From assembly GCA_023920165.1 (NCBI GenBank), contig CP089274.1, positions 1,612,001 to 1,676,000 of the forward strand: a stretch of DNA of 64,000 bases, written 5' to 3'. The stretch comes from Curvularia clavata (Eukaryota). Under the pieces are notes generated by a model that was given only the letters and a program-made list of their open reading frames with translations, was not told the origin of the DNA and searched no databases. The number at the start of each line of letters is the position of its first letter. The first letter of the stretch is position 1. Made by a program: the position numbers and the translations under genes. Positions 37,670 through 50,940 of this stretch are shown in pieces.

Positions 37670-38169
37670 TGGAAGCAGGGAGAACTCCAACGCGCTAATT
37701 TCGCTCGCGTGGAGCAGAAGCCGTCTTCTAGTTAGCAACTTACTGTCGGCCTCCGCGCTGAGCCTTGGAGAGGGCCTAATGAATTTCTGGGGGCTGCATC
37801 GCTCGTTCCGTCATTTCGTTATGCATGCCATTACAGTCGTATTTTCACAGTACTATAATTGCCCAGCATGGCGTAAGAGTATAAATCACTTTGGAGTCCA
37901 CATGCAGGTTCCGAATCGAGAAGATGGCAGGAGCAATGTTAACATGACGACACTCGCAAACGTCGGCAAATGCAACTCCACTTTGGATGCAGTCAGGTGC
38001 CCAAACCGTAAACGCCCATGCTCTGCTTAGTGAAGGTGGCGCGTCCAGAAGGATTCAGGTGAGGATGAGAGGTGACCACACTACAGCACCTGACGATTGC
38101 TCGCTTTAACCTCTCTTCTCAAGATTCCTTCCCGTCATCTTCATGGTAAGGCAATTATGATCCACTGGC

Positions 38170-39978
38170 ATGGAACTAGACGTTACGCAACTCTTAGGAC
38201 TTACTGTGGCCACGCAGCTAGGCAGAAATCTTGCAAAGGAAAACAACATGCCCGACGGCAAGGGCTGGCGCCTCGGCCACAACAAACATTACAAGAAGCA
38301 GAACAAGACATCTGCCCCACCCAAACCTGATGGCGATGGTTCTGCAGCCCCCGGAGACGCAGGTGACAAGCGCCATCAAACTAGCTGGCTCAAGACTGCA
38401 CAGGGTAGTCGGCCTCCGACTCCGACCAACACTCTGACGACAGCAACGGCACTCGAAGACATCGAGGATGCGCGTAGCGAGCGTTCAGATACACCGGCAC
38501 TACCGCGAGACAGCAAACCCAAGCTCGCACGATATGCGTCTCTCTTTGCCACCTTCAAGGAAACAAGTAAAGGTCCAGAGTTCTTGGAGCCATGGGGTGA
38601 AGAGGCACCGCCACGATTTCAGCCCTACATCGATCCGTTGCAAGTGATTCAATCTGTTCGGTCGCACATTGTCAAATGCTCTACACCGGTGCCTTTGGAG
38701 CACAACAGTGGCCTGCTTCGCCTGTTTGAGGATTATCGCAAGATTCGCGAGCAAAAAGAAGGGCTGGAGAAATTACTTGAAGAGACACTAGAGGATTGGA
38801 CACAAGCTCAAGGACAATGGACACATTCTGAGGATCGGTACACTGCAGAGATACGCCGACTCGAGCTGCTAATAGCCCACGGTACGAGCGGCATGGAAGG
38901 GTCAGTATGTGCACAGCCTTTTGTTGGATATGTGCTGAGTGTAATAGACTTGTACAAGCCCGGCAAGGCAGTGTCTTGGGTCGTCAGCGGAGATATAGGA
39001 AGACCAAATCACACGACAAGTCCTCACATGAGCACAAACAAGTTCCCGCTGAGAAGCTTGATGCGGAGATCAAACTTCTGAGCCAAAAAGGCAAGCCATG
39101 AAATTGAATTCTGCATAGGACAATGACTGACGTAACCTCATTTAGTACTGTTACGCCGACCAGTGTCACCTTCAGGCAACATGATGGAATTGTCTAAGCA
39201 ATATTCGGGTAGTCCACAGTTGATGGTTGGTACTCCTCCTGACGACCAACAAACCAGACTCTTGCGCAAAGTGCAAAGCGAGCTGAACCTGGCTACAATG
39301 CGCAAGGCTAGGAAACGGCCGTCGGTATCGGGTTCTGCTGCCTCTGTTTTTTCAGGAGGGTCTGGAGATACATTAGCGGATGAGGCCTTTGTCTCCAGGC
39401 AGTCTATCATGCAACCAGCGACTGAGTGCAATGCCTTTGTCGCTCTCCGTGAGCTTGGAACGCTTGTGGCAAGACAAAGTGGATTGCAGCCCGAAAGCTT
39501 CAACAAGGGCCTCATGATGTTGGTCTCGCAGTCAAGACCAGTAGAACTGCCCTTAGCATGCCAGGAGGCAAAAGATGCAAACCGGACGATTCGACAGGAC
39601 ACGGACAGCGGGAGGCCATCTCTAGAACGGACCAGAGCACATAAGCGTACGGTAAGGAAATTCCAGTCACAGCCGCAACTCAGCACGCACCAGAAGCATC
39701 ATCGACGGTTTTCCTTTGAGCCGGGAGCCGATGAGCTGCAAGCTCTCACCAAGGAAATGAGCTATGATGGCGTGTCGAGCTCGCCAACACGAAGCTTGAG
39801 CGCAGACTTGGGCAAGCGGTCCAAGATTCCGAGTCCAGTTCATAATCTGGGGCGGAGTCGCAAAGAAGTGTCGACAGCAAGCTTGCACTCGATCTGTGGT
39901 CGGTATCAAGACAGTCGGCGTGGGTCTGGATCCAGTGTGATTACGGCGTTTCGAGAGAGCAGCAGTGGAAGCATGTGA
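38170..39978 (+). CDS. Hypothetical protein with coiled coil and low-complexity C-terminus (3 exons; second intron GC-AG)
   Basis: ORF pieces joined in frame: EIRRLELLIAHGTSGMEG|LVQARQGS...SQK|VLLRRPVSPSG...RRFSFEPG; start may be 38170 or 38248. Confidence 0.6.
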
Positions 39979-40353
39979 CCATGGGCATGAATAGCTCAGT
40001 TGAGAGCTTGGGGACATGGGCATGTCGGACGGTCTCGATGGACTACTCGAGTGGCATAGAGGGCAGTAACAAGACACTAGCTAAGGCAGGAGCGGGTACA
40101 TGAAGCGAGGGAGATGAAAACATGATGGGTCCAGAGGAGTAGTAGTCCCAGACGAACGCCACCACGACGCACGAGCGAGATACAGAGGTGGGGCGAGGAC
40201 AAGAAGAGAGTCTCCACGGAGATGGTACGGGATGGGTATTGGGATGTGCGTAGTAGGTGGTTGATAGACAAAGAGTATCCAATCAACAGCATTGGTTTGG
40301 AATTGATTGGGTGGTGACACAAGGTACGCGGTAACAGGGCTCATGTGAAGGGT

Positions 40354-40371
40354 ATGATGATGATGATGATG
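40354..40371. repeat. (ATG)6 microsatellite
   Basis: Direct reading. Confidence 0.9.
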
Positions 40372-41756
40372 CTGGTGTCACAGAAGAGGCAATTATTCAC
40401 CATGGCAGTCTTTGGAGTGGTCTGGTGTGCGTATCAAGGACAAGTCGGGCCAGAGACTTGAAACGGCGCGGACTGTGGGTGTTTGAAGGGCGGGCGGCAA
40501 TTGTCCAAGCTAAAAAGGCCTGGACGAGGCCAATTGCGTCGGAGTGAAATTACATTTGCTAGGTAATAACCAATCTTAGTGGGCGGACAGTTAGCGAGAT
40601 GAGGAGCTGTGGCTAAAGGGGAAGTTGACATGAAAGGGTGAATTGCACATGACGGTCGCAGCATCACGTCGCTGCTATGACGGCGAGGCGTGGAGAGCGA
40701 TGGCAGGGAAGTGAGTTTATGCTGGGCTGCGTGGTTGTGTGGCTCATGCATCGTTCAGGAGACACGGACAGTTTGGCCGCGGCGCGGAAACACGGCCCTC
40801 TTGACTCGAAGGGCAGCGGGGGATGAGGTCATTTGCAACCTCTAGGCCTTGATGCGACGGTCGAGGACGGTCGATTGAGCGGGCATACGCGTTTCTACAG
40901 ACGCTGTTTGTCGAGGCCGTCTTGGATCGACAAGTGTGGCGCAAAGTGTGGCGAGTGTGGGCGTGTGCCACGGCAGGTCAATCGTTGCCAAAGGTAGGCG
41001 GCAACATGGATTTGTATTCGTGGACGCTGTTCAACGCCGATCGGGAGGGGGGAGAAAATTGCCACATTTATTTTTACAGTATTAGGTACTTGAGTAGAGT
41101 GGAGTGGAGAGCGGGTGACGTTTGTTGGTGGGATTCGGGTAATTCTGATGCTCACGGGTCCGGCAGCTGCAACGACGTCCAAGCGCGATGACGAAAGCCG
41201 TTGGGGAGTGCAACGGACAGAGAAGCGATGGAGCACAGGCAAGCAGACCAAGTGTGTCGGGACAACGCCCACTAAACGAGTCCTTAATCTCGGGTTGGCA
41301 GGTAGGTAGTGGGAGGTTAACGTAGAGAGTCAAGTCTTTCCGAGCAGGCGGATAGCGGGCGAGTGCTAAGGGCAAGCGAGGACGGCGCCAACGGCCGAGG
41401 GTGGGATTGGTCGGCAAGAAGGGGTGCATGGCAGCGCATGGCAAGCGCAGCGCAGCGCAGCACAGCGAGTTGGCGGGGTGGAACCTCGTCTCCGATCCGG
41501 CGCGCAAACGCAGGGGAACATGGCCGGCAGCAGACTGGAAGGGTAAGGCAAGCGGCGAGGGCGAGGGCGAGGGCGGCGGGCCACGGGCCCTGGCCGGCCT
41601 ATGTCATTTCGCATTGAAGCAGCCAGCGCACACGGTGCGATTGCCTGACGCCTGCTTGGGCCTAGCGCGCGAGCGGAGGGCCTCTGGGACGAGTAAATTA
41701 CGGCAATGCACACGGAATGGCTCCAGCAGCCACGGGCCCCGTGCGCCGGGCGTGTT

Positions 41757-41805
41757 GGATGCTGGGTGCTGGGTGCTGGATGCTGGATGCTGGATGCTGG
41801 ATGCT
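41757..41805. repeat. 7-bp tandem repeat (GGATGCT/GGGTGCT) x7 upstream of the CP2/Grainyhead gene
   Basis: ggatgct gggtgct gggtgct ggatgct ggatgct ggatgct ggatgct. Confidence 0.9.
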
Positions 41806-42472
41806 CCATGACGGTAGTAGGCTGGTGCGGTGCGGCGGATGCGCGCGTCGAGGGCGGGATGGCGACAGGTGCAGCGCCAATCTGCTCCCCATGCGGCGAC
41901 GAGAGCCGTAGGGCCGTGGCTGTGCAAAGGAGATCAGTCTGGCACTGGCACCGGCACAGCGCCCATGGCCGGCCTGCCTGTCGCGCCGCCGCCGCCGCAC
42001 GGTGGAGCCTGTTAGCGCCCCAGTAGTCTACACCCAGCGCCTAGACCCGATGCTCCACCCATGCCCACCCATGCCCACGCGCGGCCCTTGGGCTTTGCAG
42101 CGTGCTGCCTCTGCCTGCCTGCCTGCCATCCATATCTGCTAGCTAAAAAGACGTCTGACCACCGGCCCTGGCCACTGGTCTGTGGCTTGACTCTACCCTG
42201 CCCGGCCGCTCTTGTCCTGTCTGGTCTTGTCTTGTCTTGTCTTCTCGTCGCAGCTGCCCTCTGTTTCATCAACTAAAGATCCGCTCCCCAGCCTGCAACT
42301 CACCTCACCCTGCCTGACCTTGCTTTACCTCACCTCCCTCCCTTCCTCAGCCTCCCCCCCTCCAAACCACTCGGCCCACCCCGTCGCCTTCTCCCTCTGC
42401 CACATCCTACAGATGCAACCACAAGTCCCATCCTCCTCCTCCTCCTAATCCCCCGAGTGAAAGCCCGATGCC

Positions 42473-45199
42473 ATGTTTCGAAATCGGTACGTCACGAAGC
42501 TCGCTTGTGATTTGCGCGCGTCGCCTTCCCCTCTGTTGCGACAAGGCCGCCTTTGCTAACTTCGCGCGCCCAGACTCAACAGCCAAAAACCCGACGGAAA
42601 ACTCCTAGAGGACTTCAAGGCAAACTTCCCACACATCCAGCAGCGCTCGCATTCCCTCGCCGCGCCGCCTGGACATTCGCTCGCCGACGTCCTTGATATC
42701 GCAAACCCCTCTCGGTACGTCTTCCCCGAACATGGTCCCCCGTCCCGTCGGCACGCTTTGCCCCCAAAACACCGACATGCAAGCAAACTCGCCATGCACT
42801 CTCCTCTGCAAACTCCACCACCCACATGACTAACTTTTGACCCTCAGACAAGCCGACAACCATGACGACCTCAAGGACCAGGACCCGACTCCCCGCGGCA
42901 ACGCTGAGCCTTGGCGCTTCACGCCCTCGCTGCTGGATCCCAACAGCTTCGCCTTCACCTCTTTCGCAAACCAACCTCCAGGCTACTACACCCCAACTCC
43001 CGGCGGCACAAACACCCTCTACCACAGCCAGGCCGGCGACTTGCACACTCCAGGCTTCAGCTTTGGCCTAGGAACCCCGCTGTCACTGCCCACCTCGGAA
43101 GGCGGAGTCCACGCCGGCCAAATCGCCCCTACCGCCCATCTCCACGGCTTCAACCACCATGCCCTTGGCTCCCATCACTTTCAAAATGTCAACCCCTTTG
43201 GCATGCAGCCTCAGCATTCCCAGTCCTTTGCGCCCCACCAGTTCACCCACCAGCCCTCTGCCTTTGACCAGCGCTCCATGGCCCAGACGCATGAGAACTC
43301 TCCTCTCGACAACATGGTCCCGGACGTTGAGATGCAAGAGCAGTCCCCGCTCATAGGTTTTGCCCCGCATTCGTATGAGAGCAACAACATTGCGGCTGCA
43401 GTTGCACCTGCACCCCCACCACCAAACCAAAAGTGAGTAGCAAACACGCGTCTTTCCCCCCCCCCTCCGTCTCGACATGGACTAATCTTGACAGCTTCCG
43501 ATACCACGTCACGCTGAATGCGCCAACCGCCATGGTCAAGCAGCCAGATGAAGTACCAGTCACGTATCTAAACAAGGGACAGGCCTATTCCATCTCCCTG
43601 GTCGATACAGCACCACTCCAGGCGCCTTCCTCTTCTCTCAAATACAGGACCTTTATTCGCATTTCTTTCGAGGACGAGCAGCAGCGCCAGCGGCCCGCCT
43701 CTTGTTGGCAACTGTGGAAAGAAGGCCGCGGCACAAACGAAGCCCATCAGCGCGGTGGGCGCCTACAAGCCGTCGAATTCGTGGACCCGAGCCAAGTCGG
43801 CGGCGGCGAAGCTCCAGGCAGACCCAGGGTGGAGCTGGAATCCTCCTCGTTTGATGGCTTCGTGGTAACATGGACACCGGTTCCCAACACTTCGCCAGAG
43901 TGTTCCTTGGCCGTGCGCTTCAATTTCCTTTCTACCGATTTTAGCCATTCCAAGGGTGTCAAAGGAATCCCAGTTCGACTTTGCGCAAAGACAGAAGTCG
44001 TCATGGAGACGGCTGGATCATCGCCACAGCGATCAGAAGCGGAGCTTTGCTACTGCAAGGTTAAGCTCTTCAGGGACCACGGCGCCGAGCGCAAGCTCTC
44101 CAACGACGTTGCGCACGTCAAGAAGACGATTGATAAGCTCAAGCAGCAGATTGCCCAAGTCGAATCTGGCATGAAGGATTTTGGCAAGCGCAAGCGCAGT
44201 GGCTCCATCTCAAAGGGCACCATGAGCCAAAGACCTGGCAAGGTGCCCAAGCACAAGAGAACGTGGTCCATGTCTTCTGCAAGCGACAACCAAGGCACTC
44301 GCGCCCCTGCTGAGGAAGATCTCCATATCAAATTGGCCTCTTTGCAGGACATGTTCAGCTCGACCAGGCCTGTCAGCGTTCTTTACCTCAAAGGAGAAGC
44401 CGAGGACGACCCAGACCTTCATCCAGTCGTCCTGAGCGCGTCGTCGCAGGATTTGTCCAAGCTCGACACCAACGTCGACGCACAGATGTGGGATGGCCAG
44501 GATCCACAGACGTCGACCTCTTCAGTCGTGTCGCCAACACCCAGCTCACAATCCCTTCACTCCGAAAAACGTCGGGCTTCGTCGTTCCAACGTCCTCAGC
44601 CATTCCAACCGCCCTCGCGCATGTCCTCGAACGAATGGCGCAATCTTCCACAGACTGCGACAGGCGATCTCAAGGGCATGATCAACATGCACGGAGGTGC
44701 AGACGTCCCAACCAAGGTTCAGCGCCCGTATTCGGATGATCACGCATTGTCTGGATGGATCGAAGCTCTTGGCGTGGATCAGACGTACCAGCCGCCTCCC
44801 GAGCCCTTGCTCAAGCCAGTGGCTTGCTTTTTCGTTCAACCTAGGATTGCCGGTCGCCAACCCGACGATAACTATTTCCGCGCCGTATATCTTATGGACC
44901 GCACGGTCAAGGAGCTTGTCGCTGGCATTGCCATGAAGATCAAAATCGAGCCTAGCAAAGTTACACGGACCATTCGGGTCAACCAAAAAGGATTACAGAT
45001 TTTGATGGACGACGATGCCGTCAGCAGGATACCGGAGCAACAGGACATGACGGCTGAATTTCATGAAATCGGCACGCCTCCGGCGCATTCCATGAAGCGC
45101 GAGTGGGACGCCGGTCCAACAGATGTTCAGGTCGATGGAGACATCAACGTCACCGAAAACGTCCACTCGACCGGCTACGAACTCCGTCTTCTCTTCTAG
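42473..45199 (+). CDS. GRHL: Grainyhead/CP2-family transcription factor (csp-2/grhA-like; 4 exons)
   Basis: MFRNR start exon; FRYHVTLNAPTAM..PVTYLNKGQAY, FLSTDFSHSKGVKGIPVRLCAKT, CKVKLFRDHGAERKLSND. Confidence 0.93.
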
Positions 45200-48100
45200 G
45201 CTGCCGTCTCTGCAGTCGAGCGAGGTGCCGCTCTTTTTCCACTTTGATACCCTGTTTTCTCGGCAAACAACCCACCCTAATGCCCCGTACCATTCGTACT
45301 GCGAGCGTCGCATCGCATAATGCAAGTCGCCATTACTTCTCAGATTCTCATCCCCAGGCACAATCTGACTATTTGGCCAGTGGCGCTTTTGGGTGATGCC
45401 GCTCGCTCGTGCAGAGCGTGACTTGATATTTTCCTATGTTGATACCTTTCTCTTCTCATTTTTGGTGCGACGACGATACCCATTTATACCATTACCACTT
45501 TCAACTTTCCCGCGGCTAAGATTGCACATCGACGATCTGTTACGAACACATAGTGAGATACATATACGCAGTATGAGGAGGCAGCGTTGGGGGTTGTTGT
45601 ATTTTTTCTTTTTCCTTTTCACAGACAACAAGCATGGCAACTTCGTTTCTCCACAGTGCACATATCCAGAATATCCTGGAAGCCTAATCAAAGTCTTTTC
45701 GATCCCACTATTGTCGCAACATGCCCATTTTTCCTTGCAGTCAAATTTTCAAAACATCCATGTCTTAAGATGCGCGCGCTGTGCGACCGAAGCTGGACCG
45801 GATGCTACTACGCACGTACGCGCATTCCACTGACATTATGACATAGTGACATTCTTTGCGCCTCGCAGCAACTTCCATCCGAGCAAGTCCCCGTATCGCC
45901 ATTTATCCATCAATGTCACGTCGCCTGCTCTCGACGCCTTGGCACGCTCTCGAACCTTGACACGCTATCAGCCCCCCGGAAATTACCCTATCCACCTGGG
46001 CGTGCTGAGTTGAGACAAAATGGCGCCTTTGCACGGCCATTTCTGGCAGCGTAGACATCAAGATCGGACATGGGAGTTTCACAATGGACATGACAATTGT
46101 TATTTTTTGAGCGCATGGGAGAAAAAGCAAATAGCATCGGAAACAGACGCGATCCTTTTGTGGGTGGTCAGATGGGGACCCCTGAAAAGTAAGAGATTGA
46201 TGGGGGGGCTGGCGGGTAGTATGGGGGGTAGAGTAGCCGATGCCGCCAAAGTACGTTCCGACCCTAAGGACAGTGTGCCCGAGGCTTGATGTCATACTGC
46301 AGCAAATGGCTCACGAATCACGACGACGATACACGTGAGTCCGAAGAGACAAAGCGGAGGAGCAGGGAGCGGAAGATGCGCTGGCAATTCCAGAACAGGT
46401 GTCGAGTGAGGACGGGCCGATTGGATCTGGAGCGCAACGATGCTGCCGAGTCGTCTCCTCACTTATCGCACATTTGAAACATGTAGGCATCCTACCGACT
46501 GTCACCTGCGACGAATGGGCAGCCTTAGCAATGGGGCCTATGGCTGTTTATGCGAGTGCTCATGCATGAATGGTCTGATGGCACAGGCAAACTGATGACG
46601 GCTCCCGGCTCCGATGCTGACAAGCTATGAAAGCCCATGTGCAAAGGTAGCAGGTGGACTAGAACGAGGACCACTCGGCCTACATAGCCATTGCTCGGCA
46701 GTCGTCTGTAACACCACGCTTTGGCACCAGAGAAGGGTATGGACAACCTGCACGACCACTGGCTCCTTGAAGTATCCTATCATATTCCTTCAAAAGCTCC
46801 GTTTGCCACAACGGACGAAACTGAGCGCATCACGAAGCCCGAGGCGACGTACTGCTACGTTGCCAGAAGACGCGCAAGGAAGTGGTGTAAGTCGAGCTAA
46901 TAATGGAAAACACAGGCATGCCACAACATGGCCCATCTGGCATTGGACAAGAACAAGTCGCGTTACAAGCAGCTTGGTAAAGTTTGTAAGTGTATAACGT
47001 TATGCATGAGCCAATAGGCGGGTGTCATCTAGTCAAAGATCGACATGTGTAATCTAGCGAGCCCGTACTCCCAAGTGGCGAGTTAGTGTGGCTTAGCTCG
47101 AGGGTTCGCCACAACGGCTCGTGAACGCTGGACTGTGCCACATGGTGCGTACGCTTGTACGTACCGCTAGGTTAGAAGAGCTGCGGGTGGTCACAAGGTC
47201 TGACTCACAGAGCAGAAGTTTGTCCCCATGATGGATTGCGTTAGACCGACTTTGCCACTTTGCAAAAGAGATTACAAGGACGCAGGTGTAGCGAGACGGG
47301 GATTGGTGAGTGGGCAACATTCGCACCGCCACATGAATACATAGATTGTTGCACCGATCTTCAATGCTTCACATGCCAGAGTGGGTGCCTCACTTTACAC
47401 AGCTAGGTGGCTGCACAAGGATGGCCGTGCAATGACCGAAGGATCAACTCGGTCGAAGTCTAGACTGTTGGCACCCCACTGCTACGGTACCAGTGCGGTA
47501 GTACAGAAGCGTATCAGCCGTAGTTTGCAGATCGTAGTGTGCACTGGTACGATGGGGTCAATTTGCATTCATGGCCGTTGATCAGACGGAACGATTCCGA
47601 CGCGTTAGCAAAACAAAAAAAAGAAAATCCACTAGGGTTTCTCACAGTCGCATTGCTCAGACGACGATTGGGCTGACGGCTCTCCATGGTTGGACGCGGC
47701 CTTTATCAGTCCGTTAGTGTATTTTGGCTGAGGCCACGGCTTGTCCCATGGAAGCTAAAGTCATTCAAATTGGGGGGCGCTTTTTTTTTTCTTTCTTCGT
47801 TGCGTGGAGATTAGCTACTTTTGTTTGGTGGATCGGGCTCCGATGCAGATTGAGTCAGGTAGGCTTTAGCACTTGTTACTATGATCTGGGTAGATGATGA
47901 AAAAAACCGAGGCGCTTGAGGCGATTTGCATCCATGTCACTAGCCAAAGCGCCGGCAGGACTACCGCTACCAGAGCCAATGCCCGCGCCGTCGATATGTC
48001 GCCAGCCACTCTGGCCTAATCGGGAAGATTGATTCTGCCACCGGGCGCTGTACCCAGAAGCTCAAAATCGGGGTCTGCTTCTATGCCCTGGGCCTTGAGA

Positions 48101-49793
48101 GAGGCGTTGCAATCGACGACTGACACACGGACGCGAATCCGAAGTCGTGGGTGGGTGGAAGCTCCCAGCCTCCTCGTCGTCGTTGTCGTCTCGTTGCCCC
48201 CACTCCCCCCTTGGTGCTTTTCTCCAGCCCTTCCACAGGGCCCGCACGTGGACACGGCCATGATCACGTCGACGGGCAAAATCTTCAGCTTTAGAACAAC
48301 GGCATTTGCAACAATGACCTCATACGTGCGGTCAAGGGAACCAAGCGCCCTGATCACCCGAAAGTGTTTCAGGTGCTGACCTTGCGGATGGCGATCCCCT
48401 CAGTTTGCCATTGCCAGCACAGCGCATTTTCCCCACACAAGCCGACAGGGCTCGCTTCCCAATGCCTGGGAACTTGTGTCTGTGAGCACAGTAACCCCCG
48501 ATCGGCACGCGTGCCCCGTCGCCCAAGCACACTTACTTACTTACATACACACATGTGTGCATACACAGCACTCCCCGCGCACTTGCATCCGCGCCATTGC
48601 CTCGCACAATGTTTCGGCAGAATGCTAAGCAGCCCGAAGACCAAGGGATATACAATATCCCTCGAATGAATGCATCGCGCGTCATCTCGCTTCATCGTCC
48701 GCGGCGAATCAGCAGTGCCCTCATGGGCTGTCATGCGATCAGCCGCCTTATGCGTGGCTGGAATACTGCCGGTTGGGCGATTGGAAGGCGTGAGATAGAT
48801 GGGCGGGCTCTATGTACCTACAGGAGCCACGTCGATGGAGATGCATTAGTACAGGCTCCATGGTACATAGCAGTACCCTCCACCTCCAGGCAGTCAGCTC
48901 AGTCAAGACGCGCCTAATCCGCTCCTTTGTGCCGCTTGACCCATTTGGATTTCCCCGACAGGTGTTCAAGGCCTGATTTGGGATAATGCCCAAATCCATG
49001 TCCACCACTGGGGGGGGGGTGTGGGTATGTATGTGGGCGCCGCTTATTTCCTTATTTCCCCCATCAGTAATCATTGCGAACGAAGAAAAAAAATCGTCAG
49101 ATTAACGCATAGACGACGACTTGTCTTGTGCGCGCTACGTTGGTCATGGCTCGGTCAGCTCTCTATCACCCTCTGTGTCTCTCTTGCCTTCGGCGGAAGC
49201 GCCAGGACGGGAAGATCCCCTTTACCGCTGTCAGACCGGGTTCATGGTACGGCCTGGTAAGCAAGAATCCTTCCGCACCATGATGCACTCTGTACAATAC
49301 GCACGAGCCTAGGTGGATGGCCCAAAGGGCAAATGCGTACAATGAAGGCTACTTTTGTATCTATTGTCCGACGCTCACCCAATATGTACTCTCTCTGCCC
49401 TTGCAGGAAACAAGCGAAAACACGCGATCTGTGGGGTCCAACGTCTTTCCAATATCGCGTGTTTTTTTATATTGACTGGGGTGGTTCTAGACTATAGGCT
49501 TGGGTTGTGAATGATATTACACTAAACAGGAATCTGTGTCACACAAAACGGCAGTAGAAGCCGGCGGCAAAGTATTGGATGAGGAGAAAAAAAAGGGATA
49601 CGGGGTAATGTGGGTATGCATTGGATTCAAGCAGGTGAAGAGTGCACCGCCACAGCTGAGAAAGAGAGAAGATGAAGAGTCTGGGCAATATGTCTGGCAA
49701 TGCGTTTTTGCTTGACTACTTATCCAGATGGGAGAAAAAAGTGTTTAGGGGCCTATTCTGTGTCTGCAACGCAATCAGCTCCCAACACATTGT

Positions 49794-50940
49794 TCAGTCA
49801 TCCAGCTCGCGCCCAAAGTCGACCAAACGCAGCTTGTTCGCGTCCCTAGGATGGAATTGGGCAATCTTTGCTCTGACCAGGAATCTCGAGGCCGCAGAAT
49901 CCCGCTGGAGCTGGAAGTAGGCCTTGCCTCGGCCGGGACCCATCAACGTAGCAAACAGATTTCCTATTAATTGGCGCATCTCTGCGTCGGCGGCCTCAGC
50001 TTCGGTCGGGGGTGGCTGCTCTTCGTCTGCATTGTCGTCGTCGTCTTGATTCGCAACCGCCTTGTTGCTATTGCCCCATATTTGGTCGATTCTGCGTTGG
50101 CGTATCTTATCTGACGGGGCCTTTTTCGAACTCTTTGCTCGCCCTTTCTTAGTGAAGCCAGCTGCCAGTGTGTCGTCGTCGACGTCGAGCATGTCGCCTA
50201 CCACGGGACCGCCCAGTTCTTCGGCGGCAAGCATGGTGGAGAGGTAGTCGTTGATGAAATCGTTCATGGCCTCGCCCAGACGCTGCATCTCCGAGTCGTA
50301 GTACTCCTCTTGCATGCGTTTGGCAGCAATCAGTTCACGGGCGAGCTGGGCAGCCGTCTTCTGTGAGCGATCCTGGTGCTGGGAGCGCAGCCGCTCGATG
50401 CGGTCTTGCATGGCTCCGGTAAGGCTGTTGGCATCGTGCAGGTTGCCTTGTTCGCGACGGAGTATTGTCTCTTTTGCATCCAGTTGAGACTGCGTGCTGG
50501 CAATGGCTTCCTTGGTTCCGTGTACATTCTGCTGAAGGCTACGTGCGGCTAACAGGGCTGGCAGAAGAGATGTCGGGCCAGGCAGATATGTCGCAGTGGG
50601 CTTCAAGCTTGTATATGCGTCCTTGACGGCCACAAGCTGCTGCAGTTTCTGGCGTGGATGCTCTGATGCATAGGCCACGCTCTCCAGGTCAAGATTGGAT
50701 CGAGACCGCAACTGTGTATGGCCAGCTTAGCTTTGGTCCAACGAAACCACGAGCCCAGTCTCTTACCTGGTCCAGCGCGGCTTGTTGCTCCTCTACACGT
50801 GCCTGCAGCTCCTTCACCGTCTGCGCCAGGCGAGCCTCTGTGTCGGACGCATCGAAATCAACCCCATCGTCGAGCAGGTGGCGAGCCTCCTGTGCATAGT
50901 CTCGTATCCGTTGGGCCACCTGATGCGGTGCGTCTGCCAT
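49794..50940 (-). CDS. CENPK: Centromere protein CENP-K (Mcm22/Sim4 family; 2 exons)
   Basis: Coiled coils plus C-terminal RFLVRAKIAQFHPRDANKLRLVDF motif; GTAAGA..GCTAAG..CAG intron. Confidence 0.75.

Noticed and set aside
41000..42300. Many overlapping 60-150 aa ORFs upstream of GRHL (similar clusters at 57100-59000 and 62900-64000)
   Set aside because: By-products of GC-rich low-complexity regulatory DNA; no domain or codon signal
45200..49793. Telomerase RNA in the large gap (U-rich and A-rich tracts resemble pseudoknot strands)
   Set aside because: No TAACCCTAA-type template seen on either strand; only partial matches (GACCCTAAG ~46260, CTAGGGTTT ~47632)
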